DNA of 57,006 nucleotides, taken from a virus (lineage: Duplodnaviria; Caudoviricetes). The stretch covers positions 1 to 57,006 of IMG/VR virus record IMGVR_UViG_3300009163_000040. One strand, given 5' to 3'. The stretch's first letter is position 1. The number at the start of each line of letters is the position of its first letter. Positions 37,736-47,870 of the stretch are shown here, in pieces. The notes beneath the pieces were generated by a model. That model saw only the letters and a program-made list of their open reading frames with translations. It had not been told where the DNA came from and did no database searches. A program made the position numbers and the translations under genes.

Positions 37736-38367
37736 GAATCTAGTACCGTTGCTTGTCGGTCACCAATACGGGTGAGATCTTCGCCCTTCAGCACCCGCAC
37801 GATGTCGTCGTACTCGGCTTTCCACAACGGGAATCGGGCGTCATTTTTCAAGTATGGCATCGCTTGGAGCAGCGATCCGTAGAGCATCGCTTGGGGCGAA
37901 TACTGGGTGAACCAGTTGGTCTGGTTACTTGAATCCAGCGGCTGAGCACGCTCGTAGTACAGCACTTCAAAGTCATAAGCCGCATCCGGCGTGGGTCCAA
38001 CGAGCCAATGTGTGTAATCGTAGTCACAGTAAAATTTCGGCACGTCCTCGGACGCGGGGTTGGGCCAATACTCACGTATGTACTCGTACTTGCGCAGCAG
38101 GACCGGTTGGCGCTCTCCGGCCACCGTCACATTCATGGACACGGTCTTGCGCCACCGAGCGGGCTTGTCAATCACGTTTGCTCCCTGCACCATGGCACTG
38201 GTATTAACAGTGAGATTGCCGAGGAATTTGATGTCGGCGGCGAGCTTTTGCTCGCAGAGCATGATGAAGGTGGGGATCTTGGCCAGCGTGGCAGCGTCGA
38301 TACGCTCCAGATACTGCTGGATGTCTTCAACTAGACTATCGTAAGTCATCATCACAGCAGTAGTCAT
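37732..38367 (-). CDS. Head-tail adaptor (tail tubular A-like)
   Basis: TY..L...I..YLER...IP.FI..CE; GPTPD..Y..E.LYY; LYGSL.QA..YLK. Confidence 0.7.
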   Translation of the reverse strand: MTTAVMMTYDSLVEDIQQYLERIDAATLAKIPTFIMLCEQKLAADIKFLGNLTVNTSAMVQGANVIDKPARWRKTVSMNVTVAGERQPVLLRKYEYIREYWPNPASEDVPKFYCDYDYTHWLVGPTPDAAYDFEVLYYERAQPLDSSNQTNWFTQYSPQAMLYGSLLQAMPYLKNDARFPLWKAEYDDIVRVLKGEDLTRIGDRQATVLDS

Positions 38368-38400
38368 GCTATTACCCCTCTATTGACCGGTGCAATTCAT

Positions 38401-38430
38401 ATTTTACCATGTGTTTCGTCCGAAGGTCAA
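38401..38430 (-). promoter_or_regulatory. Possible sigma70-like promoter for adaptor/tail genes
   Basis: TTGACC-18-TAAAAT with TGn in an intergenic gap. Confidence 0.4.
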
Positions 38431-38771
38431 CCCCCCACGTTTCTTTCAAAATGCGGGCAATCCACCAGTGATTTAAAGTTACCTCCCCAACGGTTCTTGG
38501 GGTGGAGTGACTCCCAGTAAGCGCCCAGCGGCGCGAGAATGCCTTTGTCCCAGATTATCTGCCCATCCTTGAAGAAGTTCAAGTCAATAGCGCACCGCTT
38601 GAGGTGGATGGACAGCATAGTCTTGCTACGGCCCGTTTTGACGTAGATGGCCTGTTGCTCAGGGGTACGGGCTAACTCGCCCCCAGTGACCATAAAACCC
38701 TGCTCAGTGGCGTATTGGATGAGTTTGCAGGCATCCAGTAGGAATGCGGCTTGTTCTTGGCTGAGGCTCAT
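38427..38771 (-). CDS. Endolysin, peptidase M15 (L-Ala-D-Glu peptidase-like)
   Basis: RT.EQQ, SIH...AID, WGG.F...D.PHFE. Confidence 0.85.
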   Translation of the reverse strand: MSLSQEQAAFLLDACKLIQYATEQGFMVTGGELARTPEQQAIYVKTGRSKTMLSIHLKRCAIDLNFFKDGQIIWDKGILAPLGAYWESLHPKNRWGGNFKSLVDCPHFERNVGG

Positions 38772-39280
38772 TTTCGGCTCCTCATGTCCGCCAGCTTCTC
38801 TACTGTTCGACCGCCAAAATACGCGAGGAAGATTATTTGGCCCCACTGGCCCAGCAAATTTACATAGCTTTCTTGTGCGTTATGCCCAAAGGCCGACATC
38901 ATGGTGAACAAAAAGAACGCCACAAAAATGGCAATTAGGGCCATTGGACGAATGTTTTTGGACAGCCAAGAGTCGGAAGACATATCGGCCTTCCAACGGT
39001 CGCTGATGTTGTCTTCTTGATTCGCTTGTGCCTCCAACAAGATTTTCATTTCTTCTTGCTCAACACGAGCCTTTTCAATGCCCAACTCAAGCAAGCGCTC
39101 TTCGTGGTCATACTGCAACTGACGCAATTTGCTGACCTCTTCGGGGCTTGGGTTGTCGGAAATCTTCACGCCCAGAGCGTTCTCAACCACTTCTTTACCC
39201 TTTGCTTGAATTGCAGAAGACAAAAGGCCCAGACCGTTCTGAGCCAATGTACCAAGCAATGATGCAACGATTGGAATCAT
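38768..39280 (-). CDS. Holin (3TM GTA-holin-like)
   Basis: RW.ADM.SDSWLSKNIRP + TM helices + AYFGGRT.EK. Confidence 0.8.
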   Translation of the reverse strand: MIPIVASLLGTLAQNGLGLLSSAIQAKGKEVVENALGVKISDNPSPEEVSKLRQLQYDHEERLLELGIEKARVEQEEMKILLEAQANQEDNISDRWKADMSSDSWLSKNIRPMALIAIFVAFFLFTMMSAFGHNAQESYVNLLGQWGQIIFLAYFGGRTVEKLADMRSRK

Positions 39281-39281
39281 G

Positions 39282-39635
39282 TCAGTCCTTTCCAGTCAAA
39301 GTTTTGATTGCCTTGTTCACTGAAACCTTCTCTTCTAAGATGGCGATGTGCATTCGATTCTCAGCAATCTGGTCTCGGTTGCGTTGAATCTCTTTCTCTA
39401 GGTCTTGGCGCAACTTTTCACGCGCTAGTTCGGCCCCGGTGTTCGACGCCTGCTTGTTGTCTGATGTGACAACGAGCGAAATTTTGCTGTTGAGAATGGT
39501 GACCTCATGCGCCAAGTTTGACAAGGCGCTCATTAAATAGACAACGCAAGAAAATAATAAAGGGAGAAGCGCGAACGTAATCTTCTCAATAAATTGGCTT
39601 TTGGCTTCCATGTTTTGAATTTTTTCCTCGCTCAT
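39282..39635 (-). CDS. Membrane-anchored coiled-coil protein
   Basis: N-terminal TM helix then coiled coil; within lysis cluster. Confidence 0.55.
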   Translation of the reverse strand: MSEEKIQNMEAKSQFIEKITFALLPLLFSCVVYLMSALSNLAHEVTILNSKISLVVTSDNKQASNTGAELAREKLRQDLEKEIQRNRDQIAENRMHIAILEEKVSVNKAIKTLTGKD

Positions 39636-39851
39636 TTACAACCCCAAAACTTTTTTGATGAGTTCCCCAGCCACGCCGGGGCCAAACAGCACGCAGACAA
39701 TCACCCCATACAGCAGGTACTCAATCTTATTCATGCGCTTGGAACTTTCGTCAAAGCGGGCTTGAATGTTCTCGTATCTGCTGGCGCATATCGCCTCGTG
39801 GACGCTTAGGCGCTTGTCTGTTTCGGTGGCTAATTCGTGAACCGCTTCCAT
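39636..39851 (-). CDS. Small membrane protein
   Basis: HEAICA.RY...C-terminal TM. Confidence 0.6.
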   Translation of the reverse strand: MEAVHELATETDKRLSVHEAICASRYENIQARFDESSKRMNKIEYLLYGVIVCVLFGPGVAGELIKKVLGL

Positions 39852-39854
39852 TCA

Positions 39855-40004
39855 TTACTCCGCTTTTGGTTGCTCTGCCATGCTGGCTTGAGCCTCTTTT
39901 TGCAAGGCATCAATCAGGGCGAACACTTCTTGATATGGTCGTGAACCCAAGTAGCCGAGGATTTGGTTGACCAGTTGAGTGGAGAGAGTTAGTTTGTCGT
40001 TCAT
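39855..40004 (-). CDS. Hypothetical protein (49 aa)
   Basis: Manual translation MNDKLTLSTQLVNQILGYLGSRPYQEV... Confidence 0.55.
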   Translation of the reverse strand: MNDKLTLSTQLVNQILGYLGSRPYQEVFALIDALQKEAQASMAEQPKAE

Positions 40005-40954
40005 TTTGCTTCCAGCGCCGCAATGCGGTCAGTTAGGGATGTGATTAGGGCTTGCTGTTCTTGGACAGCTTTTACCAAGGTAGGCAGTATGTCGCCCATC
40101 TTGATAGATTTTTTAGTAATTTGGTTGCCTTGTTCATCTTGTGAATACTTGGATTCAACTACCAACTCAGGTAAAACTTGCTCAAGTTCCTGTGCAATAA
40201 ATCCAGCTACATTAGTACCGTCACCATTAATCCAATCAAATCGGCGAGGTTTTAACGCCATTACTTCAGTTAAACCTGTTTCAAGGTCTTTAACATTTGT
40301 TTTTAATGATGCATCTGAAATAGCGACAATACTCGTTGAAACAGCATGAATAGTGCCGTCCATGCCGACCCAAAAACGATAATTTGCTGCTCCAGTTGAA
40401 TAAATTTGTAGTCCATCATCAGCAGATGTAGTTGTTGCGTTAGATATAGTTATTCTTCCAGCTGAAGCTATATATGCACCAACAGTGCCTATCGCTGTTG
40501 TTGTTTTTCCAAATATTGAGTTACCGCTGTAGTCAACGACCATCGCAGGAGTGCTAAATGTTGTTCCGTTAACAGCAGTTGATGGCGTTATCTCAAAAGC
40601 GTTATCTACATTAAATTGAGAACCAATAAGAAAGTTGTATTTTGCTGTTGATTGACAACCAACGATGTACATACCAGACTGGTTATTTCCACTTGAATTT
40701 CCGTTTACCCGAATACCGCCACTGTAAGTACCAGAAGTAGAAACTACACTAAATCTTGGGGTTGTTGAGGTAGTCCCTATCCCCACGTTTTGGCTTGCGT
40801 CTACATAGACAGCGTTTGTGCCGTTGGTAGCTAATGCGACTATGTTCGTACCAAAGTACATACCAGAGTCGGTATCCGTCCCCGTGATGGCAGGCGCAGC
40901 CGCAGTGCCGTTAACGTTGGTAATTCCGCTTGTGCCGTTGAGCGCGATGGTCAT
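40001..40954 (-). CDS. Tail fibre/spike with C-terminal peptidase S74 intramolecular chaperone
   Basis: SD..LK.NV, GFIAQE...PELV, LVKAVQE...I..LE. Confidence 0.85.
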   Translation of the reverse strand: MTIALNGTSGITNVNGTAAAPAITGTDTDSGMYFGTNIVALATNGTNAVYVDASQNVGIGTTSTTPRFSVVSTSGTYSGGIRVNGNSSGNNQSGMYIVGCQSTAKYNFLIGSQFNVDNAFEITPSTAVNGTTFSTPAMVVDYSGNSIFGKTTTAIGTVGAYIASAGRITISNATTTSADDGLQIYSTGAANYRFWVGMDGTIHAVSTSIVAISDASLKTNVKDLETGLTEVMALKPRRFDWINGDGTNVAGFIAQELEQVLPELVVESKYSQDEQGNQITKKSIKMGDILPTLVKAVQEQQALITSLTDRIAALEAK

Positions 40955-41115
40955 TGTGTTGCCTCCTCAGGTGTGTTTTCTTTACCTGTGCCGTTGCATT
41001 GCTCACAGCGTTGCACAGACTTCAGGCTTGGCACTACACCACGCCCTTCGCAAGCAACGCACATTGGTCTATATGTAGGCTGTGGCGGGTTTGCTATTTG
41101 GTTGAAATGAATCAT
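40951..41115 (-). CDS. Mini-protein with two CxxCxGxG (DnaJ-type Zn finger) motifs (54 aa)
   Basis: Manual translation ...CVACEGRG...CEQCNGTG...; GAGG RBS, ATGA overlaps. Confidence 0.55.
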   Translation of the reverse strand: MIHFNQIANPPQPTYRPMCVACEGRGVVPSLKSVQRCEQCNGTGKENTPEEATQ

Positions 41116-41276
41116 TGTGTTACCTCATCTGCGGGTAGGGGTGTGTTGCCAGCCTCAACCCATTCTTTGAACTCTGGGTGGTCTTCTGTACAGGTCAGAT
41201 AGCATTTGCCATCATCGTCAATGCGGGCATAGACAATTTGACCGTCCATGTTGGTTGAATGAATTTTGTAAATCAT
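41112..41276 (-). CDS. Small tail-fibre-associated protein (54 aa)
   Basis: ...EFKEWVEAGNTPLPADE. Confidence 0.6.
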   Translation of the reverse strand: MIYKIHSTNMDGQIVYARIDDDGKCYLTCTEDHPEFKEWVEAGNTPLPADEVTQ

Positions 41277-42385
41277 AGTTCGGCACTCCATCCAAGATAA
41301 GCAGATGTACTTTCAGACCTTCCCATACAACCCTGACCAGCAACCAAAGTTGCACCTGTGTTAAATGACGTTCTTGCTGAAGTTACTGCTCCATAAGAAA
41401 ATGTTGGAACAGATGTGCAAATAGTGCTTACATTCAAATTTAAGAGACCATAATGACCAGCCGTGCCACTTTGCTCAACGGCTGTTGGTGGAATTCTCAT
41501 AGTCACTGGAAATACAGTCAATATTGCAGCTTGTGATGTTGCGTTTATGTAGCCAGTCCCATATTCAGCAAAGCTAGCACTAGCCGCAGATACTCTGTAG
41601 TAGTACCGCTGACACAAAGCCAACTCCGTACCATAAGGCCGGTAGTCAAAGCTGGTGGCAGTAGAACCTTTCTCTAGCTGTACGCCTGTAATATAGAAGG
41701 TGGCTCCGTTGGTTGCCATAAGATTTGTAGCACCTGTGGCTGAGATGTAAAAAGCTCCCGCCCAAGCCCCTGCCGTGCCACTATATGTAGAGCCTAATCC
41801 AAGTCCAAAGTAAACACGAATTCCAATTCCATTGTCTGTAACCCATGTCCCAGACGTATCACCAACAACAGTAATAGTTTTTTGCTCCCAAGTGTTAGCA
41901 GCAGAAATAGAGTATGTAAAAGGATATGACCTATTTGCTGCGCTATTTACAAATGCACCACCAAAAGTTCCAGTAACACTTGAACGAACCCAAAACGAAA
42001 GCGTTACTGTTGCAGCAGATGCAGTTCCCCAACCTAAATCAGCAGCGTTAAAACCTTCAATAGTTTGTGATATAAGATATAAATCTGATGCTGCAAGGCT
42101 GGCATCTGCTGTTGTTACAGTTACAAGCATAGATTTTGTAAATCCAGCGGGTACGGTAGATGATTGTGTTAATGTAAAAACACCAGAAGATGCTGTAGCT
42201 TGACCAAACCAGCGGTCAAGAGAAAATGTTTGGGTTCCAGTATTTACAGTAACAGCAGCCCCAGCATTCCTCTGGTCAATAACCATTGCGCCGTTAATGA
42301 TGCGGTTTTTAAACCCAAAGGTGCTGGCAGAGTCAAACTGCGTGGCTAGGGTGATGCCGGTTGTGCCGGAGATTGCTAAGGTCAT
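41273..42385 (-). CDS. Tail fibre/receptor-binding-type protein (370 aa)
   Basis: FKNRIING...DRW; GVQLE.G..AT.F..R..G.ELALCQRYY. Confidence 0.7.
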   Translation of the reverse strand: MTLAISGTTGITLATQFDSASTFGFKNRIINGAMVIDQRNAGAAVTVNTGTQTFSLDRWFGQATASSGVFTLTQSSTVPAGFTKSMLVTVTTADASLAASDLYLISQTIEGFNAADLGWGTASAATVTLSFWVRSSVTGTFGGAFVNSAANRSYPFTYSISAANTWEQKTITVVGDTSGTWVTDNGIGIRVYFGLGLGSTYSGTAGAWAGAFYISATGATNLMATNGATFYITGVQLEKGSTATSFDYRPYGTELALCQRYYYRVSAASASFAEYGTGYINATSQAAILTVFPVTMRIPPTAVEQSGTAGHYGLLNLNVSTICTSVPTFSYGAVTSARTSFNTGATLVAGQGCMGRSESTSAYLGWSAEL

Positions 42386-42546
42386 GCTAATTGCTCCTCA
42401 GTAGGTCGTGCAAGTGTGGGGTGTTCCCACTTGGCTATGTATTCAATATCACCCTCTTTCACCAATGTAATAGTTCCAAATTCGAGTCGAAATTCTAAAA
42501 CTTGTAATTCTGGATACAAGGTTTTAATTTTTTCATAGAGTGTCAT
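42382..42546 (-). CDS. XkdW-like small tail protein (54 aa)
   Basis: L...I..LYP...YI.KW..P...PTEEQL. Confidence 0.5.
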   Translation of the reverse strand: MTLYEKIKTLYPELQVLEFRLEFGTITLVKEGDIEYIAKWEHPTLARPTEEQLA

Positions 42547-43097
42547 CATGCAGCCCTTATTAATGCACCAAATAATCTGCCATACACGGAAGTAGCTGTA
42601 GTAGCGCCATTTTGATATGCGTATAACTGCAAATAATCTGTTGTTCCATTACAATAAATTATTCCAGAACATACAATTCTGGGGTAGGCTGATGCTTGAC
42701 CAACACCACCAACAACATTAACATCCGCGCCGTTTTTTTGTACCCCTGAAACTACGGAGCTTGCTGTAATACCATTAACATCATAGCCAGCTTGCCCAGT
42801 TACAAAATAATAACCAGCAATAAGAGGTAATACCCTTCCTGTGGTTAAATTAACGCAAGATGCAGTATCAAAACTTGTAGTGCAAGTTGTAAAGTATGTA
42901 ACAGTTGCAGTTGGAACACTAAGAGAGCTGTAAATTACGCTAAATGTTGGCCCAGTACCAGCAAAGGTAGAGCCGGTAGTCAGTAGAGTGCCGGTGTTAT
43001 CAGGCAGCGTCAGCGTCCTGTTGGTGTTCGTGCTGGGTGCGGCAATGGTCAACGTACCCGTGCCGCTGGCATTACCTGAGATTTGTACTGCACTCAT
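42546..43097 (-). CDS. C1q/TNF-like fibre tip protein
   Basis: GPTF...FDT...P..AGYY...KNG...NGTTDYLQLY. Confidence 0.65.
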   Translation of the reverse strand: MSAVQISGNASGTGTLTIAAPSTNTNRTLTLPDNTGTLLTTGSTFAGTGPTFSVIYSSLSVPTATVTYFTTCTTSFDTASCVNLTTGRVLPLIAGYYFVTGQAGYDVNGITASSVVSGVQKNGADVNVVGGVGQASAYPRIVCSGIIYCNGTTDYLQLYAYQNGATTATSVYGRLFGALIRAA

Positions 43098-43107
43098 GTT
43101 TTGTCCT

Positions 43108-44304
43108 TTAGATAACTGTCCAAACCGAGCCGGTGGATACTGTGATTGTTACACCGCCATTGATTGATACTGGGCCAGCCGATAGACCATTGTTCGTCGC
43201 TGCAATAGTGTAACTTGTAGCAATCGTGTTTGCGTTCAGCGTGATGCCGTTGGTAGAGATGTGCGCTATTGCGCTCAAATCCCCCGTGCTGGGCTTGTAC
43301 AGGAAATTGGCGTTCGATGTGTACACCGTTGATGCAGTGCCAGTTGTCGCCGCCGCAGAAAGCGGATAAATATTCGTCGCGGTTGTGGTGTCGTTACTTA
43401 GCGCCGCACCCCCCACCGATGCCCATGCAGTGCCGTTGTAGCCCTCAAACTCGGTCGAAGTGGTGTTGAACCGCAAGTAGCCCGATACGCCTGTAGGGCG
43501 GTTTCCTGTCGTCCCCTTCGGGATGAGCATGGCATCAGTACCCACCAATTCGGTGGTCACTGCAGGAGTTGCAGTACCAACACCGAAACGGCTGTTAGCA
43601 GAGTCCCAGAAGAGGCTTGCGGAGTTTCCGAGGGCTGATGTACCAGCGCCATACAAAATGCGCCCTGCGGTGATTGTGGCAAGCCCTGTACCGCCTGCTG
43701 TGACAGGCAAAGTGCCAGTCGTCAACACAGAGGTAGAAGTGGCATACATCGCACCACCAGAAGTGAAGGTGGTCAGGTTTGTACCGCCGTTGGCTGTAGC
43801 CAAAGTTCCTGCAACAGTCACCGCGCCCGAAGTCGCAGTCGCTGGAGTGAGGCCAGTCGTGCCGAATGATATCGTTGTGACCGCCACGCCGCTGAGCGTG
43901 CTCCACTGAGGGGCGGTGCCGGAGGAGGTCAGGATCTGGCCCGCCGTCCCGATCCCGAGCTTGGTGAGCGCCGTGCCCGAGGCGTAGTAGGCCAAGTCGC
44001 CAGCGGTGAAAGTCGTCAACCCCGTACCGCCCGAGGATGTGTTGAGCGTTCCCGCCAGCGTTACAATCCCGGTGGTCGCCGTACTCGGTGTTAACCCACC
44101 CAGCGACGTTTGGAAGGATGCGACGTTGGTCGTTGTAGCGTTACTCGCCAACAGCTTGACCGTTCCGGCTGCATTTTTGAAGTACAGCTTCTCGTCTTGT
44201 ATATTCAGCGCCAGCTCGCCGCTGGCGAGATTGCCCGAAGTAGGCGCTGCCGCAGCCGTCGTACTGTAGTACAACTGGATCGGGGTATATCCTGTTTGTG
44301 CCAT
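43108..44304 (-). CDS. Tail fibre protein (398 aa)
   Basis: GELALN..D.KLY; GGTG repeats; RFNT...FEGY. Confidence 0.7.
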   Translation of the reverse strand: MAQTGYTPIQLYYSTTAAAAPTSGNLASGELALNIQDEKLYFKNAAGTVKLLASNATTTNVASFQTSLGGLTPSTATTGIVTLAGTLNTSSGGTGLTTFTAGDLAYYASGTALTKLGIGTAGQILTSSGTAPQWSTLSGVAVTTISFGTTGLTPATATSGAVTVAGTLATANGGTNLTTFTSGGAMYATSTSVLTTGTLPVTAGGTGLATITAGRILYGAGTSALGNSASLFWDSANSRFGVGTATPAVTTELVGTDAMLIPKGTTGNRPTGVSGYLRFNTTSTEFEGYNGTAWASVGGAALSNDTTTATNIYPLSAAATTGTASTVYTSNANFLYKPSTGDLSAIAHISTNGITLNANTIATSYTIAATNNGLSAGPVSINGGVTITVSTGSVWTVI

Positions 44305-46455
44305 TTAGAAAGTTCCTCCAGAAACGCCACCCGTAATTTTACCAGTAGACGGATTTGCTGTTAAGCCCGTTGCCACGTATTGGGGCAAATTGCCGGTATT
44401 GGTGCTCACCACCGTGATCGGGTAGTCCGCATTCGTAGTACTCGCCGAGATCGCCAGATTCGTCGCGTCCGTAGCCGAACCCACCGCGAGTGTGGACTGC
44501 GCCACGTACTGCGGAGCGGTCCCGGAAGAGGTGAGTACATAGCCGGTCGACCCGATCGCGAGCTTCGACAGCGCTGTGCCGGATGCGTAGTACGGCAGAT
44601 CGCCAGCGGTGAAAGAGGTCAACCCGGTGCCGCCCGATCCGGTCTGGACTGTGGTGAGAGAGATCACCGTGCCCGAGACTTGGATCGGAGTCGTTCCGGT
44701 GTACACCTGCGAGGTGCTAAACTGCGCGAAGGTGATCGCGGTAGTACCGAAGGTGATCGTTCCAACCGTGGTTACGACAAACGAGTTACCAGCGTGCACC
44801 GTACCATTTTGGACGAAGAAGTAGTCGTTTTGGCTCAAGTCCCCCGTGCCGGGTCCATAGGAGTCGGCATCAGTGGAACGGGTCAGAACCGTACCGCCGG
44901 TAGCCCAGACGTAGATGCCATTGTACGCTTGGTTCACCTCGTTCTGCACTAGAATCCGGTTGGTGTTGAGCAACGTATAGCCGTCAAGAACGGTCAGCGC
45001 CACGGACAGCGTAATGGTCGCCCCAACACCGGAAGCCCCGTTGTTGTAGGTCACCGTACCGCCCGTTTGGGCCGCTAGACTCTGAGTCGTCGACACTTGC
45101 ACCGGATCGTGGTAGTACAACCCAGTCGAGGCGAGATTGTCCACGTACTGCTTCGTCGTCAGCTGCAGAGCCGTCGTCGGGTCGGCTGTAACCGCAACGG
45201 AGGACAACCCGCCCAACGTGAGGCTAGTCGCACCGAGCGAAATCGCCGTTGTACCTATAGTGACCGCCGAATTGGTGAGCGAGCTATTCGCAATGCTGCT
45301 CAGTGTATTGTTCGACCCATTGATCGTCTTGTTCGTTAGGGTTTGAGTACCCGCCAGCGTGGCTACCGTACTATCGATCGCTATCGTGACCGCCGCCGAA
45401 CCATTGTAGGAGGTTCCCGTAAGCCCCGTACCTATCGTCAGTGCATTCGTGGTTATCGCGGAAATAGTGCCGGACCCGCCGAGCGCCACGTTGACCCCGT
45501 TGTAGGTCACCGAGGAATTTGCGAGCTGCGCGTTGGATACAGTACCCGATAAGTCAGTGGTCGGAATAGTGGTTGAGGCCGTCATCGTGGACGTCCCGTT
45601 ACCAAAGACATATCCGGTGAGGGTCGCCGCGCCCGTACCGCCGTTCGAAGCATTTAGAACACCCGCCAGAGTTACTGCGCCGGTGACTGGAGTACTCGGA
45701 GTGAACCCGGTGGACCCGGCGCTAAATGTGGTGACGCCCCCAGCGAGCGAGAAAGTACGCCAAGAACCACTCGCATACCCGTCGAACGTATTTGTATCGG
45801 TATTGAACCGCATTTGACCACTCGCACCCACCGGTTGCTGTGCATTCGACCCTTGCGGGAGTGTTACCGCACCCGTTCCGGGGAGTACTGCATTGCTCGC
45901 GAGGGTTAGTACGGGGTCGTTGGATCCATTGCCATTCGCCACATCGATCTGGTTCGCCGTCCCGAAAATCTGGCGACCCGCGATTGTGGTTCCTCCGACC
46001 ACCGCAAGCATTCCAGTGCCCGATGCGTTGGCTATGGCGAGCGCTAGGCCACTCAGTGCGAACGTTGGATCGCCCGCGACACCGTTGCCGTTGGTAATCG
46101 AGAGACCCGCTCCGGAGGCCGTGAGCGTGCGGTTAGCTATGGTGGTAGCTCCGGTCTTAACGAGAACGCCCGGAGATACTGTCTCGAGGCTCGCTGCTGC
46201 CCCGTTGAACTCCAGACGGAGGTAAGACTGCGCTCCACCATCGGTCAGACCCAGTCCGGAACCGGTCGAAAGGTATCGAGAATTGGGTAGAGTCGGCTCT
46301 TGATTCTTCGTCAGGAACGTCTGCGTTTGCGATGGGGACGCCGCAATCGCCGCAGTGGTCGTCCGAACCGTCTGCCCATTTTGAACTATGGGTACAGATT
46401 CGGTTCCGGTGATCGTCCCGGCTGCTGGTAGCTGCGTGATGGTTAAGTTAGCCAT
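44305..46455 (-). CDS. Long tail fibre protein (716 aa)
   Basis: QTLTNKT, KQYVD, RILVQN...NGIY; GGTG repeats. Confidence 0.7.
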   Translation of the reverse strand: MANLTITQLPAAGTITGTESVPIVQNGQTVRTTTAAIAASPSQTQTFLTKNQEPTLPNSRYLSTGSGLGLTDGGAQSYLRLEFNGAAASLETVSPGVLVKTGATTIANRTLTASGAGLSITNGNGVAGDPTFALSGLALAIANASGTGMLAVVGGTTIAGRQIFGTANQIDVANGNGSNDPVLTLASNAVLPGTGAVTLPQGSNAQQPVGASGQMRFNTDTNTFDGYASGSWRTFSLAGGVTTFSAGSTGFTPSTPVTGAVTLAGVLNASNGGTGAATLTGYVFGNGTSTMTASTTIPTTDLSGTVSNAQLANSSVTYNGVNVALGGSGTISAITTNALTIGTGLTGTSYNGSAAVTIAIDSTVATLAGTQTLTNKTINGSNNTLSSIANSSLTNSAVTIGTTAISLGATSLTLGGLSSVAVTADPTTALQLTTKQYVDNLASTGLYYHDPVQVSTTQSLAAQTGGTVTYNNGASGVGATITLSVALTVLDGYTLLNTNRILVQNEVNQAYNGIYVWATGGTVLTRSTDADSYGPGTGDLSQNDYFFVQNGTVHAGNSFVVTTVGTITFGTTAITFAQFSTSQVYTGTTPIQVSGTVISLTTVQTGSGGTGLTSFTAGDLPYYASGTALSKLAIGSTGYVLTSSGTAPQYVAQSTLAVGSATDATNLAISASTTNADYPITVVSTNTGNLPQYVATGLTANPSTGKITGGVSGGTF

Positions 46456-46797
46456 TTAGGGACTCAACGTTATACTATCCAAATTACCATTGTTCTCGGG
46501 TGTTTGAGTATTCTGCTCCGGGGAGAGCACCCAACCGCCGTATCCAGTGGATATCAGATTGTTATCTTGAACAGCCACGGACACATCCGGGCGCGGGAAG
46601 CGAATCGTAATACGCTCAGTCTGCCTCGCGGGCAGTCGATACGGGTCTTTTTGGTCCGCGCAACCTTCGTTGCAAACCTGCAAACCCGGGAAATTAGGGT
46701 CCGGACGCATTACCGAGTGCGCCCGCTTCATCTTGCAACGGTCGCACACCGCGATCGAGAGTGTCGTATTACCACGAGTGTCGAGGAAGATGCTCAT
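46456..46797 (-). CDS. Zn-ribbon-like virion-module protein (113 aa)
   Basis: AVCDRC...GLQVC...C.D..DP. Confidence 0.6.
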   Translation of the reverse strand: MSIFLDTRGNTTLSIAVCDRCKMKRAHSVMRPDPNFPGLQVCNEGCADQKDPYRLPARQTERITIRFPRPDVSVAVQDNNLISTGYGGWVLSPEQNTQTPENNGNLDSITLSP

Positions 46798-47867
46798 GCC
46801 GTGTACACCCCTATCGCTGGGGCGAAGTAAATCGGGGACTTGTCGCGCTCCTCCTGCTCGGCTAGATTCGTGTACTCGTTCGCCTTGGCTTCTAAATATT
46901 GGACGCGGTCCAACGGCACATTGGGCAACTCCAACCCCATCCGGTGCGAGAGCTGCATCAAAATCGCCTCGTACCAACGCTGCGGGATTTCGATCTCGTT
47001 CGTTAGTGCCCCCACGTCCATAACTTGGCGCGAGTACCAGACAGTCATTTGCACCAACGGGTCGCTCGGGGTGGGCCATAACCACAGCTGCGGTTGAGGG
47101 ATCGTGCGGTTAAACCAGAACTGAAACGGCTGGTTCGCTGTAAAATTCTTGTTCGGCAGATTCGTGTAGTCATCGCGATTCAGTCGCGCCATCGTGATCT
47201 CGGTCGAATTGTTGCCCACAAAGAATTCGCGCAAGGCGAGCGTGGTGCCGCCGGACGCTTGGATGCGGTAGAATTCGACGCTTTGGCCCGGGTTAATGTC
47301 GTACCAGAGCCACTCATTATCGGTCACGGTGGTCGACTGGACGCTTTCCAGATCTAGCCAAGTGCTCCCGTCGATGCTATACTGCAACGCAAAGGTCCAG
47401 ACCGCGCTACCACCACCCGAGACATAAGGCAGGACGCCGATGGAACCCGCATATATGGGGTTGTCGGTGCCGAAATCCACCGAGATGTAACCATTGGCCG
47501 ATGTCTGCTGGCACGTTGTGTCCACGTCGCCGTCGAACGCGTAGTCCACGTTGCCGCCAGCCGAAGAATAGTAACCACCACTCGGGCGATTCATCTTGCG
47601 ATAGAGCGCATTGAGCACTTCGATCGACCCCTTGGGAAGCGAATAAATGTAGTTATCGGCGGTGACCCCGAATACTTTCTTGTCGATCGCCCAGTAATTG
47701 ATGCCGATATTGGACAGGTTAGTGAGCAGAATGAACAACGACTCGCGAGCCGAGAGTTGCTGCTCCGATGTTAATTCCTCGGCGAGCTTGCCGCACCGAC
47801 GAGCACCGTGATCAATGAACGTCTGTACATTGAGGACTGTTTGGCCGACGGTGTTGGAGTATGCCAT
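46794..47867 (-). CDS. Adaptor/tail tubular-like protein with inserted beta-sandwich domain
   Basis: A.ESL..LL..L.N.GIN.W; LWP.P; P.RW; AFDGD..T insert. Confidence 0.6.
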   Translation of the reverse strand: MAYSNTVGQTVLNVQTFIDHGARRCGKLAEELTSEQQLSARESLFILLTNLSNIGINYWAIDKKVFGVTADNYIYSLPKGSIEVLNALYRKMNRPSGGYYSSAGGNVDYAFDGDVDTTCQQTSANGYISVDFGTDNPIYAGSIGVLPYVSGGGSAVWTFALQYSIDGSTWLDLESVQSTTVTDNEWLWYDINPGQSVEFYRIQASGGTTLALREFFVGNNSTEITMARLNRDDYTNLPNKNFTANQPFQFWFNRTIPQPQLWLWPTPSDPLVQMTVWYSRQVMDVGALTNEIEIPQRWYEAILMQLSHRMGLELPNVPLDRVQYLEAKANEYTNLAEQEERDKSPIYFAPAIGVYTA

Positions 47868-47870
47868 CTG

